Shown here piece after piece: positions 1 to 10,832 of a stretch of 64,000 nt of DNA. Both the position numbers and the translations under genes were made by a program. The notes below the pieces were generated by a model. It did no database searches. It had not been told where the DNA came from and saw only the letters and a list, made by a program, of their open reading frames with translations. The stretch is taken from contig JAIUOO010000003.1 in assembly GCA_020161695.1 (NCBI GenBank), positions 168,043-232,042 of the forward strand, given 5' to 3'. Position 1 is the first letter of the stretch. Each line of letters opens with the position of its first letter. The stretch is from Pseudomonadota bacterium. GTDB lineage: Bacteria > Pseudomonadota > Alphaproteobacteria > Rhizobiales > Phreatobacteraceae.

Positions 1-285
1 GCAGGCGGCATTGAGGGCAAAGGACAGCCCGTGAAACTCGCGCTCGCCGAGGATGCGCGCGACCGGCTCGCGGGCAATGCGCCGTTCGGCGAAACCCGCG
101 AGGCGCCCGGCCGAAGCCACGTCGAGCAGTGCATCGGCAGCCCGTCCGGGATGGGCGGGATCGATGCCGGAGGCGTGCCTGACGATCAGGCGCGCGTCGA
201 GTTCGGCCTCCGCGATCCCGGCCTCCGCAAAGGCCCTGGCGAGCCGCTTGCGGGCCTCGCGCAGCGGCGTGCCGGCCTCGATCAC
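1..285 (-). CDS. prmC: Release-factor glutamine methyltransferase PrmC/HemK, N-terminal part only (gene runs off the left window edge)
   Basis: My own translation of the minus frame from GTG at 285 gives [35 protein letters not shown]...[25 protein letters not shown], a typical HemK N-terminus. The GTG overlaps the prfA stop (GTGA). This is the canonical position downstream of prfA. It is absent from the ORF track because it is truncated. Confidence 0.75.
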   Translation of the reverse strand, partial: MIEAGTPLREARKRLARAFAEAGIAEAELDARLIVRHASGIDPAHPGRAADALLDVASAGRLAGFAERRIAREPVARILGEREFHGLSFALNAAC

Positions 286-1358
286 GCCGTGCCCTCGAGC
301 GCAAGGAGGCCCGCCTGATGGTCGGCGACGAGCGCGTCGATGATCTCGCCCAGCGCCGTTCCCGCCATGATCTCCGGCAGCTTGTAGAGCGTCAGTTCGA
401 TCCGGTGATCCGTCACGCGCCCCTGCGGGAAATTATAGGTGCGGATGCGCTCGGAACGGTCGCCGGAGCCGACCTGCGTCCGCCGGTCCGCCGCGCGGCC
501 GGCATCGGCCTTGCGCCGCGCCTCGTCGAACAGGCGCGAGCGCAGGATCGCCATGGCGCGCGCCTTGTTCTTGTGCTGCGAGCGTTCGTCCTGCACCAGC
601 ACGGCCGTCCCGGTCGGGATATGGGTGATGCGCACGGCCGACTCGGTCTTGTTGACGTGTTGGCCGCCCGCTCCCTGCGCCCGCATGACGTCGATCCTGA
701 GATCGCTCTCGTCGATGGCGACATCGACCTCCTCGGCCTCCGGCAGCACCGCGACGGTCGCCGCGGAGGTGTGGATGCGTCCGCCCGACTCGGTCGCCGG
801 AACGCGCTGGACGCGATGGACGCCGCTCTCGAACTTGAGCCGCGCATAGGCGCCCGCGCCCTTCACCTCGGCGACGATTTCCTTGAAGCCGCCGACCGTG
901 CCCTCCGACAGCGAGATCACGTCCACCGACCAGCCCTGCAGGGCGGCATAGCGCTCGTACATGCGGTAGAGGTCGCCGGCAAAGAGCGAGGCCTCGTCGC
1001 CGCCCGTTCCGGCCCTGATCTCGATGATGACGTTCTTGGCGTCGGCCGCGTCCTTCGGCAGGAGAGCGAGCCGCAGCCGGTGCTCCAGATCGGTCACCCG
1101 TTCCTCGAGCGCCGGCTTCTCCTCACGCGCCAGCGCCGCCATCTCGGCATCGGTGCCGCCGTCGCCCAGCATGGCCTCGATGTCGGCCAGTTCGGCCAGC
1201 GCCGCGCGATAGGCCTCGACCGCCTCGACCACCGGAGACAGCTCCGCGAACTCACGCGACAGGGCAACATAGCGCTCGCCATCGACGCCGGCGGCAAGCT
1301 CGGCCTCGACCAGCGCCCGCCGGTCGACCAGCGCATCCAGCTTCTGGGTCGGCAGCAT
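282..1358 (-). CDS. prfA: Peptide chain release factor 1
   Basis: 358-aa ORF with the GGQ motif ([25 protein letters not shown]) and an RF1-type PAT tripeptide ([10 protein letters not shown]). Its ATG shares one nt with the ptsP stop. Confidence 0.97.
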   Translation of the reverse strand: MLPTQKLDALVDRRALVEAELAAGVDGERYVALSREFAELSPVVEAVEAYRAALAELADIEAMLGDGGTDAEMAALAREEKPALEERVTDLEHRLRLALLPKDAADAKNVIIEIRAGTGGDEASLFAGDLYRMYERYAALQGWSVDVISLSEGTVGGFKEIVAEVKGAGAYARLKFESGVHRVQRVPATESGGRIHTSAATVAVLPEAEEVDVAIDESDLRIDVMRAQGAGGQHVNKTESAVRITHIPTGTAVLVQDERSQHKNKARAMAILRSRLFDEARRKADAGRAADRRTQVGSGDRSERIRTYNFPQGRVTDHRIELTLYKLPEIMAGTALGEIIDALVADHQAGLLALEGTA

Positions 1359-3625
1359 CAGAGCGTCACGCCTTCAGCCTCGGCGAAATGACGCAGCCGC
1401 TCGCGGATCGACGGGCCGCCCTCCTTGGGCTGTTCGATCAGCGGATCCAGAACAGCGGCCAGCCGGCGGAGGTCGAGTTCGAGGATCATCGACTTCACCG
1501 GCCCGACCGCAGCGGGCGACAGCGACAGCGACCGGTAGCCGAGGCCGGCCAGCACCATGGCTTCCAGCGGCCGGGAAGCGAGCTCGCCGCAGAGCGTGAC
1601 CAGCTTGCCGTATTCCTGGCCCTTGCGCGCCAGCAGGCGCAGGGCGCGCAGGATCGGCGGGCTCATCACGTCGAAGCGGTTGGCAACGCGGTTGTTGCCG
1701 CGATCCACCGCGAACATGAATTGAACGAGGTCGTTGGAGCCGACCGACAGGAAGTCGACACGCGGCAGCAGTTCGTCCAGCTGGAACAGCAGCGCCGGCA
1801 CCTCAACCATCGCGCCCACCTGAACCCGGTCGGGCATGCGGTGCTCGTGGCGGCGCAGATGCGTCAGTTCGCGCTCGACGATGGCCTTGGCCTGGTCGAA
1901 CTCCTCGGCCGCCGCGATCATCGGGAACATGATGCGGACCTCGCGGCCGGCGCCGGCGCGCAGCATGGCGCGCACCTGGCTGCGCAGGAGGCCCGGCCGG
2001 TCGAGGCCAAGGCGGATCGCCCGCCAGCCCAGCGCCGGATTCTCCTCCTGCACCACGTCCATGTAGGGCAGCACCTTGTCGCCGCCGATATCGAGCGTGC
2101 GGAAGGTGACGGGCCGGCCATCGGCCGCATCCAGCACCTTGCGATAGAGGTCGAGCTGCTCGGCGATGCGCGGCAGCGAATTCGCCACCATGAACTGCAG
2201 TTCCGTGCGGAACAGGCCGATGCCGGCGGCGCCAGTCTCGCTGATGAACGGCAGATCGACCATCAGGCCGGCATTGAGGTTCAGCTTGATCTCGACGCCG
2301 TCCCTGGTGATGGCCGGCATGTCGCGGATGGCGGCATATTGCGCCTGCCGCCGGGCGCGAAACCGCACCTTCTCGGCATAGGCGCTCTCGACGTCGCCGG
2401 TGGGGCGCAGATGCACCTCGCCGGTGGCGCCGTCGATGATGATGGCATCGCCCGGGTCGGCGAGGCTGGTGACGTTCTCGGCATGGCCGACGGTCGGGAT
2501 GCCGAGCGAGCGCGCCACGATGGCGACATGGCTGGTGGCACCGCCCTCCTCCAGAACGAGGCCGCGCAGCCGCGAGCGGTCGTAGTCGAGCAGCGCCGCC
2601 GGCCCCATGTGCCGGGCGACGACGATGGCGTTTTCCGGCAGGTCTTCGCGCGCGGTCGGCTTCTCGCCGGTGAGCTGGCGCATCAGGCGGTTGGCGAGAT
2701 CGTCCAGATCGTGCATCCGCTCGCGCAGATAGGGGTCGGTCTGGCGCATCATCCGCGCGCGGTTGTCCGACTGGACGCGCTCCACCGCCGCCTCGGCGGT
2801 GATGCCGGTGCCGATGGCCTCCTTCAGCCGCCGCACGAAGCCGCGATCGTGCGCGAACATGCGGTAGGCTTCCAGAATGTCCTTGTGCTCGCCGCCGCGC
2901 GCCACGTCCTCGCTGTCGAGCATGTCGTCGATCTCGGCGCGCAGCGACTCGATCGCCGCCTCCAGCCGCGCCATTTCGCGGTTGGGATCGTCCGCGATCA
3001 GCTTGGTGACCTGGATGCGCGGCTCGTGCAGGACGACATGGCCGAGCCCGACGCCGTCGGCGAGACCCTCGCCCGGCAGGTGCAGCGGGCGGCGGGCGGC
3101 GGGTTCCTGACCCGGCAGGGCGAGCGCGGAGAGCTCGCCCGAGGCGATCATCTCGGCGAGCACCATCGAGGTCGTCTGAAGCGCCTCGACCTCGTCTTCC
3201 TCGTATTTGCGGTGCGCCCGGTTCTGGACGACCAGCACGCCCAGCGTATTGCCGCCGCGCAGGATCGGCACGCCGAGGAAGGAATGGAAGATTTCCTCGC
3301 CCGTCTCCGGCTTGAACGAGAAGGACGGATGTTCCTGGGCGTCCGACAGGTTCAGCGACTCGGCCGTCTGGGCGACGAGGCCGACGAGGCCCTCGCCGGC
3401 GCGCATGACGGTGAGGTGGACGGCCTCGCGGTTGAGGCCCTGCGTCGCATACAGTTCCAGCGTACTGTCGACGCGCAGCACATAGACCGAGCAGACCTCG
3501 GCCACCATGTTGGCCGCGATCAGAACCACGATCTTGTCGAGGCGCTCCTGCGCCGAGATCTGCTCCGCCATCACCTCGCGAAGGCGACGAAGCAGAAGGC
3601 GCGGACCGCCGAATGCCGGACGCAT
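1358..3625 (-). CDS. ptsP: Phosphoenolpyruvate-protein phosphotransferase PtsP (EI-Ntr): GAF domain plus PEP-utilising domains
   Basis: 755-aa ORF. The N-terminal region is GAF-like. The phospho-His region is [19 protein letters not shown] and the C-terminal PEP-binding region includes [10 protein letters not shown]. Confidence 0.93.
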   Translation of the reverse strand: MRPAFGGPRLLLRRLREVMAEQISAQERLDKIVVLIAANMVAEVCSVYVLRVDSTLELYATQGLNREAVHLTVMRAGEGLVGLVAQTAESLNLSDAQEHPSFSFKPETGEEIFHSFLGVPILRGGNTLGVLVVQNRAHRKYEEDEVEALQTTSMVLAEMIASGELSALALPGQEPAARRPLHLPGEGLADGVGLGHVVLHEPRIQVTKLIADDPNREMARLEAAIESLRAEIDDMLDSEDVARGGEHKDILEAYRMFAHDRGFVRRLKEAIGTGITAEAAVERVQSDNRARMMRQTDPYLRERMHDLDDLANRLMRQLTGEKPTAREDLPENAIVVARHMGPAALLDYDRSRLRGLVLEEGGATSHVAIVARSLGIPTVGHAENVTSLADPGDAIIIDGATGEVHLRPTGDVESAYAEKVRFRARRQAQYAAIRDMPAITRDGVEIKLNLNAGLMVDLPFISETGAAGIGLFRTELQFMVANSLPRIAEQLDLYRKVLDAADGRPVTFRTLDIGGDKVLPYMDVVQEENPALGWRAIRLGLDRPGLLRSQVRAMLRAGAGREVRIMFPMIAAAEEFDQAKAIVERELTHLRRHEHRMPDRVQVGAMVEVPALLFQLDELLPRVDFLSVGSNDLVQFMFAVDRGNNRVANRFDVMSPPILRALRLLARKGQEYGKLVTLCGELASRPLEAMVLAGLGYRSLSLSPAAVGPVKSMILELDLRRLAAVLDPLIEQPKEGGPSIRERLRHFAEAEGVTL

Positions 3626-3797
3626 CGGACTGGTCTCGATCTGGGCCCTGTCAGCCCTCAGGGACTTGCAACGGAACGGCGAACGGGCGCCGCTGACCCA
3701 CCATTAAGGTCCACGATGCCGTTTGCAAAGGCTGGACCGTAGCGGGCCTGCCATCGATCCCCCGCCGGCTGCAGCCCAGACGCGGAAACGATTGGTC

Positions 3798-4706
3798 CTA
3801 GCGCGGTTGCGGAGCCAGATGACGGGCAAGGAAGTCGCGCACCATGACGCGCGCGTCGGCCCAGGCCTCGCGGTTGCCGCCGGTGGTGGCGCCCCGGCCG
3901 CCGGGCGCGTTGATGTTGATTCTCTCGGCGACATGGCGCACCGGCGCGACGCTGTCGAAGGAATGGTGGGCGCCGGGATAGATCTTGATCGTGGCGGGAA
4001 GCCCGGCCGCCTCGGCGCTGCGGACGAGATGCCGGCAGGGCTCGGCGGGGGTCCAGTCGTCCAATTCGCCGGTGAGGATCAGCATCGGGGCCAGCGGCCG
4101 GAAGGTGCCGCGATAGCCGCTGATGGGGCTACCTGGCTCGCGGCCGCGCTCGACGACGAACTCACCGTAGCCGAAGCTGCAGGAGGGATAGAGGGCGATC
4201 GCCGCGGCAAATCCCGGATTGGCGCGCTCGGCATTGGCGGGTGAGGCGACGATGCTGGCGAGCGTCGAGGAGCCGCCGTGCGATCCGCCCATCACCGCGA
4301 CGCGGCGCGAGTCGACGAAGGGCAGGGTGCGCAGATGGGCGAGAGCCGCATAGGCGTCGGCGGCGCGGAAGCGGGGGCGGACGCTCTCGCGGCCGGGCTC
4401 GGTGCAGACGCCGCGCGGGAAGCCGCGGGTGGAGAAGCTGTCCGGCCAGATCGTCACATAGCCGAGCCGCATCAGCTCCGAGGACCAGCGCCAGGGCGCG
4501 CCGGAGGAGCCGGGGCCGAGGCCCGAGCAGTCATGCAGGATGACGACTGCCGGGAAGGGACCCTCGCCGGCCGGCCGGGTGACGGTGAAGGGGATGGTCA
4601 GTGCGGCATTGTCGGCCAGCGTCGGCGGCGCGACGAGGGCCAGCGCCACCGAGCCGAGGGCGCTCGAGACCACCGCCCGTGCCCCTCTGCGCGCCCGTTG
4701 CGCCAT
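3798..4706 (-). CDS. Secreted alpha/beta hydrolase, dienelactone-hydrolase family
   Basis: ORF 3798..4802. I chose the internal start MAQRARRGARAVV... (signal-peptide-like) because it avoids overlapping lysC. Motifs VVILHDCSGLG and VMGGSHGGS. Confidence 0.72.
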   Translation of the reverse strand: MAQRARRGARAVVSSALGSVALALVAPPTLADNAALTIPFTVTRPAGEGPFPAVVILHDCSGLGPGSSGAPWRWSSELMRLGYVTIWPDSFSTRGFPRGVCTEPGRESVRPRFRAADAYAALAHLRTLPFVDSRRVAVMGGSHGGSSTLASIVASPANAERANPGFAAAIALYPSCSFGYGEFVVERGREPGSPISGYRGTFRPLAPMLILTGELDDWTPAEPCRHLVRSAEAAGLPATIKIYPGAHHSFDSVAPVRHVAERININAPGGRGATTGGNREAWADARVMVRDFLARHLAPQPR

Positions 4707-4734
4707 GCCGCTCCTCCCCACGGGCGGGGCGGCT

Positions 4735-5973
4735 TCAGGCCGCCTTGTCGAGCCCATAGAGCGAATGCAGCGTGCGCGCCGCAAGCTCGGTATAGGCTGC
4801 ATCGATCAGCACCGAGAACTTGATCTCGGAAGTGGTGATCGCCCGGATGTTGATGCCCTTGTCGGCGAGCGCCTGGAAGGCGCGGGCGGCAACGCCAGCG
4901 TGCGAGCGCATGCCGACGCCGATGCACGACAGCTTCACCACGTCCGAAGCGGTCTCCAGCGCCTTGAAGCCGACCGAGTGCTTGGCGTCCATCAGCACCC
5001 GCCGGGCGCGCTCGAGATCGGCGCCGGGGCAGGTGAATGTGATGTCGGTGGTCGCGCCGTCCGAGGAGACGTTCTGCACGATCATGTCGACATTGATGTT
5101 GGCCTCGGCCAGCGGGCCGAAAATGGCGGCGGCCACGCCCGGCTTGTCGGCGACGGCGCGGATGCTCACCTGCGCCTCGTCCTTGGAGAAGGCGATGCCG
5201 GTGACGACCTGCTTTTCCACGATTTCCTCCTCGTCGCAGATGAGTGTGCCGAGCTGCGGGTTGTCGGGGTCATCGAAGGACGACCGGACATAGGTCCGCA
5301 CGCCATGGATCATCGACAGCTCGACCGAGCGGACCTGCAGCACCTTGGAGCCGAGGGACGCCATTTCCAGCATCTCCTCGAAACCGACCTTGTCGAGCCG
5401 CTTAGCCTTCGGCACGACGCGCGGGTCGGTGGTGTAGACGCCGTCGACATCGGTGTAGATATCGCAACGCTCGGCATGGATGGCGGCGGCTATCGCCACG
5501 GCCGACGTGTCGGAACCGCCCCGCCCCAGCGTCGCGATGCGGCCGGTGCCGCGGGTGACGCCCTGGAACCCGGAAATGACCGCGACCTCGCCCGCCGCGA
5601 AAGCGGCGTCGAGATTGGCCGAGGGAATGTCGGCGATGCGGGCGACCGAATGGGCCTCGTCGGTGATGATCGGCACCTGCCAGCCCTGCCAGGACCGGGC
5701 CTTGAGGCCCATCGAGTTCAGGACGATAGCCAGAAGGCCCGACGTCACCTGCTCGCCCGAGGCGACGACCGCGTCATATTCGGCATGGTCGTAGAATGGC
5801 GCGGATTCCTTGCACCAGGCCACCAGTTCATTGGTCTTGCCGGACATGGCGGAGACGACCACGGCGACGTGATAACCGGCCTCGACCTCGCGTTTGACAT
5901 GCCGCGCCACATTCTTGATGCGGTCGACATTGGCGACGGAGGTTCCGCCGAACTTCATCACGAGGCGAGGCAT
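4735..5973 (-). CDS. lysC: Aspartate kinase
   Basis: 412-aa ORF. The N-terminus MKFGGTSVANVDRIKNV and VVVSAMSGKTNELV are typical. The C-terminal region is ACT-like. Confidence 0.95.
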   Translation of the reverse strand: MPRLVMKFGGTSVANVDRIKNVARHVKREVEAGYHVAVVVSAMSGKTNELVAWCKESAPFYDHAEYDAVVASGEQVTSGLLAIVLNSMGLKARSWQGWQVPIITDEAHSVARIADIPSANLDAAFAAGEVAVISGFQGVTRGTGRIATLGRGGSDTSAVAIAAAIHAERCDIYTDVDGVYTTDPRVVPKAKRLDKVGFEEMLEMASLGSKVLQVRSVELSMIHGVRTYVRSSFDDPDNPQLGTLICDEEEIVEKQVVTGIAFSKDEAQVSIRAVADKPGVAAAIFGPLAEANINVDMIVQNVSSDGATTDITFTCPGADLERARRVLMDAKHSVGFKALETASDVVKLSCIGVGMRSHAGVAARAFQALADKGINIRAITTSEIKFSVLIDAAYTELAARTLHSLYGLDKAA

Positions 5974-6094
5974 GACTGGCTATCCGGCGCGATCTGCGCC
6001 CCCGGGGTCGAAAAGGCGCGTATGCATAACGGCCGATCGGGGGTATGGCAACGCATCCGGGTCTATCCCTTCGGATGTCCAAGACGAGGTCGCC

Positions 6095-6862
6095 ATGACC
6101 GGAGCCGCAATCAGCGCCGACCGCGCCACCCCCTCGACCCTCGATGCCGCCGAGGTCGAGAAGTTCGCGCGCCTTGCCGAGGAATGGTGGAACCCGTCCG
6201 GCAAGATGGCCGTGCTGCACAAGTTCAACCCGGTCCGGCTCGCCTATATCCGCCGCCTTGCCATCGCTGAATTCGGGCTGGACGAGAAATCCCCGCGCGC
6301 GCTCGCGGGCCTGCGCGTGCTCGATATCGGCTGCGGCGGTGGCCTCCTGTCGGAGCCGCTGGCGCGGATGGGCGCCGAGGTCGTCGGCATCGACCCCGCA
6401 GCCACCAATGTCGAGACCGCGAAGGCTCACGCCGTCGGCTCCGGCGTGCCGGTCGACTATCGCCAGGCGACGGCCGAGGAACTCGCCGCGGCCGGAGAAG
6501 CCTTCGACATCGTGCTCGCCATGGAGGTGGTGGAGCATGTCGCCGATGTCGATCTCTTCGTCGAAGCCTGCGCGAGGCTCGTGAAGCCAGGCGGCCTGCT
6601 CGTCATGGCGACGATCAACCGGACGATGAAGAGCTATGCGCTCGCCATTGTCGGCGCCGAATATGTGCTGCGCTGGCTGCCGCGCGGCACCCACGACTGG
6701 AACAAGTTCGTCACGCCGGGCGAGCTCGATGCGGCAATGGCCGCCGGCGGCATCGATGCGTTCGAGCGGACCGGCGTCTGGTACGATCTCCTGCGCGACC
6801 GCTGGGCGGAAACCCGCGACACCGACGTCAACTACATGATCGCCGGCCGGAAAACCCGCTGA
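6095..6862 (+). CDS. ubiG: Ubiquinone biosynthesis O-methyltransferase UbiG
   Basis: Internal ATG at 6095 (MTGAAISADRATPSTLDAAEVEKFARLAEEWWNPSGKMAVLHKFNPVRL). SAM-binding motif VLDIGCGGGLLSEPLARMG. Confidence 0.9.
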   Translation: MTGAAISADRATPSTLDAAEVEKFARLAEEWWNPSGKMAVLHKFNPVRLAYIRRLAIAEFGLDEKSPRALAGLRVLDIGCGGGLLSEPLARMGAEVVGIDPAATNVETAKAHAVGSGVPVDYRQATAEELAAAGEAFDIVLAMEVVEHVADVDLFVEACARLVKPGGLLVMATINRTMKSYALAIVGAEYVLRWLPRGTHDWNKFVTPGELDAAMAAGGIDAFERTGVWYDLLRDRWAETRDTDVNYMIAGRKTR

Positions 6863-6924
6863 TCCACCTCTCTGACAGTCGCTTCTCCATTGGAGGCGAG
6901 GCCGGTCGGTGCTAGGCTTGCGCC

Positions 6925-7260
6925 ATGCGCCGCTCGGCTTTCCTGATTGCCGCCGTCGTTCTGGCCGCAGCGCCGGTTGCGGCCGAGGATGCCGTTTCGC
7001 CGCGTCCGCAGCTCGTTTCCCAGCGCCAGCCCTTCACGCCCGGATCGCCCGTCGAACTTCCGCCCTGCACCTGCCGGGCGTCGGGGCAGGACTGGCGCGT
7101 CGGGCAGACCGTCTGCCTCAGGACGGCCGGCGGCGAGCGCCTCGCCATCTGCACGACTGACGAGAACGTGACCACTTGGCGTATATCGAACGTACCCTGT
7201 GCGACGTCTTCTTTGGCACCGCGAACAACGGCGGCATTGACGCAGCGAAACCTTCGTTGA
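6925..7260 (+). CDS. Small secreted Cys-containing hypothetical protein
   Basis: 111-aa ORF with an N-terminal signal peptide ([22 protein letters not shown]), five Cys and high third-position GC. I recognise no family. Confidence 0.5.
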   Translation: MRRSAFLIAAVVLAAAPVAAEDAVSPRPQLVSQRQPFTPGSPVELPPCTCRASGQDWRVGQTVCLRTAGGERLAICTTDENVTTWRISNVPCATSSLAPRTTAALTQRNLR

Positions 7261-7453
7261 TTCAACGAAAGGGGGCTGTGCATCCCTGAATTTCCGGGTT
7301 ACGCTTCTTGTGGCTCTCAGATCCGGGCGGCAAGGATCTGGCGGCGGTCCGGTCTCGTCCAGGGCCCGGAACATCGCGGATATTCCTGGTCCGGAGCTCT
7401 CCCAGGTCCGCAATTGTGCGGAACCGGCAGTGCATTCGGAAAGGCTGACCGGC

Positions 7454-7669
7454 ATGTCGATGACGGGTACCGTCAAGTTCTTCAACACCGAAAAAGGCTA
7501 CGGCTTCATCAAGCCGGACGATGGGGGCAAGGACATCTTCGTCCATATCTCGGCTGTCCAGCGCTCGGGTCTCGCCAGCCTTGCGGAAGGTCAGAAACTG
7601 TCGTTCGAACTCGAGCCCGACAAGCGGGGCAAGGGTCCGAAGGCGGTCAATCTCGCGGTCCGGGCCTGA
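7454..7669 (+). CDS. Cold-shock protein (CspA family)
   Basis: [35 protein letters not shown] carries the RNP1 (KGYGFI) and RNP2 (IFVHIS) motifs. Preceded by a ~190-nt untranslated region. Confidence 0.93.
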   Translation: MSMTGTVKFFNTEKGYGFIKPDDGGKDIFVHISAVQRSGLASLAEGQKLSFELEPDKRGKGPKAVNLAVRA

Positions 7670-7982
7670 GGCCGGATCGGCGGGGTTTCGGCGCTGCGCG
7701 TCGTCGCGACGTGCAGCGGTAAATGAGTTCGGCCGCGATTCCGTGGCCCCTTGCAGACCTGCGACGCCTCCTGTTGCACGGACGCGGCCGCAGCGCGGTC
7801 GGCTTCGGGCACTGTCCACGCCATCTGCGGCCACCGGGTATCGATCCCCCCGAATATTGATCCCGCCAGCAAGTATTGATTCCGGCCTGCAGCCGGTCCG
7901 CCACTTTGATCTGGCTTCCGGAATCACCCGTCCGCCTGCCAAGCGCCTCGCGACCCCGCGCGAAATGCGCTAGACCGGCGCC

Positions 7983-9212
7983 ATGACGGCCAAGCTCCCC
8001 AATACCGACATTGTCATCGCCGGCGGCGGCCTTGCCGGCCTGTGCCTCGCCGTGGCGATCAAGGACGCGCTGGGGACCGGCGCGACGGTTGCCGTTGTGG
8101 ACCCGGCCCTGGCCGCTCCGCCCGCCGAGGACGGCCGCGCCTCCGCCTTCGCGGCCGCGGCCTGCCGGATGTTCCGGACGCTCGGCGCATGGGAACAGGT
8201 CGAGCCCGAAGCCCAGCCGATCCTCGACATGGTCGTCACCGACAGCCGCACGATGGACCCGGTCCGGCCGGTCTTCCTCACCTTCGCCGGCGAGGTCGCG
8301 CCGGGCGAGCCCTTCGCCTGGATGGCGCCGAACGCCGTCGTCACCCGCGCGCTGCGTGCCCGCGCGGAGGCGCTGGGCGTGACGCTGACCGCTACCGGCG
8401 TGGACGGCTTCACCGCCGGTGCGGCCGCCACCACGGCGCGCCTCACGGATGGCGGGAGCCTGACCGCGCGCCTGCTCGTCGCCTGCGACGGCGGCCGCTC
8501 GCGGCTCCGCGACATGGCCGGCATCCGCACGGTCGGCTGGGATTACGGCCAGTCCGGCATCGTCTGCACCGTCGCCCACGAATACGAGCATCACGGCCGC
8601 GCCGAGGAGCATTTCCTTCCCGCCGGCCCCTTCGCGATCCTGCCCTTGAAGGGCAACCGCTCCTCCATCGTCTGGACCGAGGAGACCGAGCGGGCGAAGC
8701 GGCTCTGCGCACTGCCCAAGGCCCTGTTCCTCGACGAACTCGAGTCCCGCTTCGGCCACCGCCTCGGCGTCATCGAGGTCGTCGACAAGCCGGCCGCCTA
8801 TCCGCTCGGCCTCAAGGTCGCGCGCGACTTCGTGGCGCCGCGACTGGCGCTGGTCGGCGATGCCGCCCATGTCATCCATCCGATTGCCGGTCAGGGCATC
8901 AATATGGGCTTCCGTGACGTGGCCGCGCTGGCCGAGTGCATCGCCGAGGCCATGCGCCTCGGCCTCGATCCCGGCGCGCCTGACGTGCTTGCCCGCTACC
9001 AGCGCTGGCGGCGCTTCGACACGGCGCTGATGGGTGCGACCACGGACGGGCTCAACCGGCTGTTCTCCAACGGCTCGGCACCGCTGCGCGCGATCCGCGA
9101 CCTCGGCCTCGGCCTCGTGGACCGCATGCCCGCCCTCAAGGGCTTCTTCGTCCGTCAGGCGGCGGGGATCACCGGCGACGTGCCGCGGCTGCTGCGCGGC
9201 GAGGCGCTCTGA
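7983..9212 (+). CDS. UbiH/UbiF/VisC/COQ6-family FAD-dependent ubiquinone hydroxylase
   Basis: 409-aa ORF with the dinucleotide fold DIVIAGGGLAGLCLA and the motif LVGDAAHVIHPIAGQGINMGFRD. Confidence 0.88.
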   Translation: MTAKLPNTDIVIAGGGLAGLCLAVAIKDALGTGATVAVVDPALAAPPAEDGRASAFAAAACRMFRTLGAWEQVEPEAQPILDMVVTDSRTMDPVRPVFLTFAGEVAPGEPFAWMAPNAVVTRALRARAEALGVTLTATGVDGFTAGAAATTARLTDGGSLTARLLVACDGGRSRLRDMAGIRTVGWDYGQSGIVCTVAHEYEHHGRAEEHFLPAGPFAILPLKGNRSSIVWTEETERAKRLCALPKALFLDELESRFGHRLGVIEVVDKPAAYPLGLKVARDFVAPRLALVGDAAHVIHPIAGQGINMGFRDVAALAECIAEAMRLGLDPGAPDVLARYQRWRRFDTALMGATTDGLNRLFSNGSAPLRAIRDLGLGLVDRMPALKGFFVRQAAGITGDVPRLLRGEAL

Positions 9213-9215
9213 GCC

Positions 9216-9746
9216 TCAAAGCCGCGCCGCCAGCCAGTGCAGGCCGGCATCGCGAAAACCCTGATCCTCGATCGACTGCACGGTGTTCTTCACATAGTCG
9301 GGATTGGCGCCCGACTGGCCGTGGCCCTGCCGCACGATGTGCAGCTGCTGGTCCAGCGACAGCCGCCCGGCATATTGCGTGTGGCCGCGGTCGACCACAT
9401 AGGTCACAGCGCGGACTGCCAGGCCGCCCGGACGCTCCAGCGTGACCCGGCGAAACACCTCCAGATAGACCGAGGTCACCTGCTCGCGCTCGCGCAGATA
9501 GGCGATGGTCGCGCCGCGCTTCTCGGCCGCCACGCGATAGGCGATGCCGCGGCAGGCGCCGCCCCGGTCGAGGCCGAGAACGAGACCCGGCCGCTCGGGC
9601 GTGCCGCGATGGACATGGGAATAGACGCAAAGCGAGCGATGCAGCCCGATCAGCCTGGCCGGCACGCGCTCGACATAGTCGAAGCCCGGCCGCCACATGA
9701 GCGAGCCGTAGCCGAAGACCCAGAGTTCGCTGTTCTCGTGATCCAT
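9216..9746 (-). CDS. ChaC-family gamma-glutamylcyclotransferase
   Basis: 176-aa ORF with WVFGYGSLMWRPGF and the GLVLGLDRGG pattern typical of ChaC. Confidence 0.85.
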   Translation of the reverse strand: MDHENSELWVFGYGSLMWRPGFDYVERVPARLIGLHRSLCVYSHVHRGTPERPGLVLGLDRGGACRGIAYRVAAEKRGATIAYLREREQVTSVYLEVFRRVTLERPGGLAVRAVTYVVDRGHTQYAGRLSLDQQLHIVRQGHGQSGANPDYVKNTVQSIEDQGFRDAGLHWLAARL

Positions 9747-9832
9747 GGCACATGCTAGCCGTGAGGACGAAGGGCGCGGGCTCTGCTATAGAGCCGGCCC
9801 CCGCAAAGCAAGCTCAGGACCGGACCTCTCCC

Positions 9833-10825
9833 ATGCCGCGTCTCAGGACGATTCTCATTCCGGTCGCCACCCTCGCCGTCGCAGTCGGCGGCTGGACCGC
9901 CATCTGGCACTGGGGATCGAGCCGGGCGGAAGACCTGATCCAGCGGTGGCTGGCGGCGGAGGCGGCCAATGGCCGCGTCATCGAATGCCAGAACCGCACG
10001 AGCGGCGGCTATCCGTTCCGGCTGGAGATCGACTGCGCCAAGCCGGTCGTGGAGCTGCGCGACGAGACGCGCCCGTATCGCACGTTCCGGTTCGAGCGGC
10101 TGAAGGTCGTCTCGCAGATCTGGAGCCCCGGCCACGTCATCACCGAGGCGACCGGACCGCTGACCATGGTGGCCGAAGGCGACCCCTCCGTGCTGACCGC
10201 CTCCTGGAGCCTCGCCCAGGCCTCGGCCCAGCTCGTCATCGGCGGCTATGACAGCTCAAATTCGGTGATCGAGCAACTATCCGTCCAGCGCAATGGCCAG
10301 CCGCTGCTGCGCGCCGAGCGCACCGAGTTCCACACCCGGCCTAACCGCACGGACCCCGTCAGCGTCGACATCGTCGCCAACTTGAAGCAGGCGCTGCTCG
10401 GCGCGCAGTCGACCGGGCCGGTGGATGCCGAGCTTCAGGTCGTCGCGCGCAAGCTTCTGCGCACGCCGAGCCGGCCGCAGGTCCTGCCGCTGCCGCAATG
10501 GCAGGCGGCCGGTGGCTCGCTCGACATCGTGCTGCTGAAGGTTCAGCAGGGTGCGGCGCTCGGGCAGGCCAAGGGCGTCGTGCGGCTGACCCCGGACGGC
10601 AAGCCGGATGGCGAGATCGAGCTGCGTGTCGCCAATATCGATGCCGCGCTGGATGCCACCGGCATGCGCGCCTCGCTCGGACCTTTGGCCGCCGGCGCGC
10701 TGACCATGGCGAGCCGGCCGACCGATATCGACGGCAAGCCCGCCCGCCTGTTCAACCTGCGCGCCACCGATGGGCGGCTGCAGATCGGGCCTCTGCGCCT
10801 CGCCCTGCCGTCGATCCTGCCCTGA
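9833..10825 (+). CDS. DUF2125-like exported protein
   Basis: Internal ATG at 9833 (MPRLRTILIPVATLAVAVGGW, TM/signal). The sequence SGGYPFRLEIDC resembles DUF2125 proteins of Rhizobiales, from memory. Confidence 0.65.
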   Translation: MPRLRTILIPVATLAVAVGGWTAIWHWGSSRAEDLIQRWLAAEAANGRVIECQNRTSGGYPFRLEIDCAKPVVELRDETRPYRTFRFERLKVVSQIWSPGHVITEATGPLTMVAEGDPSVLTASWSLAQASAQLVIGGYDSSNSVIEQLSVQRNGQPLLRAERTEFHTRPNRTDPVSVDIVANLKQALLGAQSTGPVDAELQVVARKLLRTPSRPQVLPLPQWQAAGGSLDIVLLKVQQGAALGQAKGVVRLTPDGKPDGEIELRVANIDAALDATGMRASLGPLAAGALTMASRPTDIDGKPARLFNLRATDGRLQIGPLRLALPSILP

Positions 10826-10832
10826 GCCGGCC

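Noticed and set aside
1356-1360. One- to four-nucleotide overlaps chaining ptsP, prfA and prmC (TGATG at 1356-1360, GTGA at 282-285)
   Set aside because: The translational coupling is real, but this gene order and tight packing is, as far as I recall, the ordinary arrangement in Rhizobiales. It is not an anomaly.
3722-3739. A sigma-54-like element upstream of ptsP (minus strand reads cGGtccagcctTTGCAaa, with GG-N10-GC spacing)
   Set aside because: Only the GG and TTGCA parts match TGGCAC-N5-TTGCW. No enhancer-binding-protein gene is nearby. A single weak hit in a high-GC intergenic region is expected by chance.
5974-6094. A lysine riboswitch or other leader in the lysC-ubiG divergent spacer
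   Set aside because: The spacer is only ~120 bp, shared by two divergent promoters, which is too short for an L-box. No conserved L-box elements were recognised.
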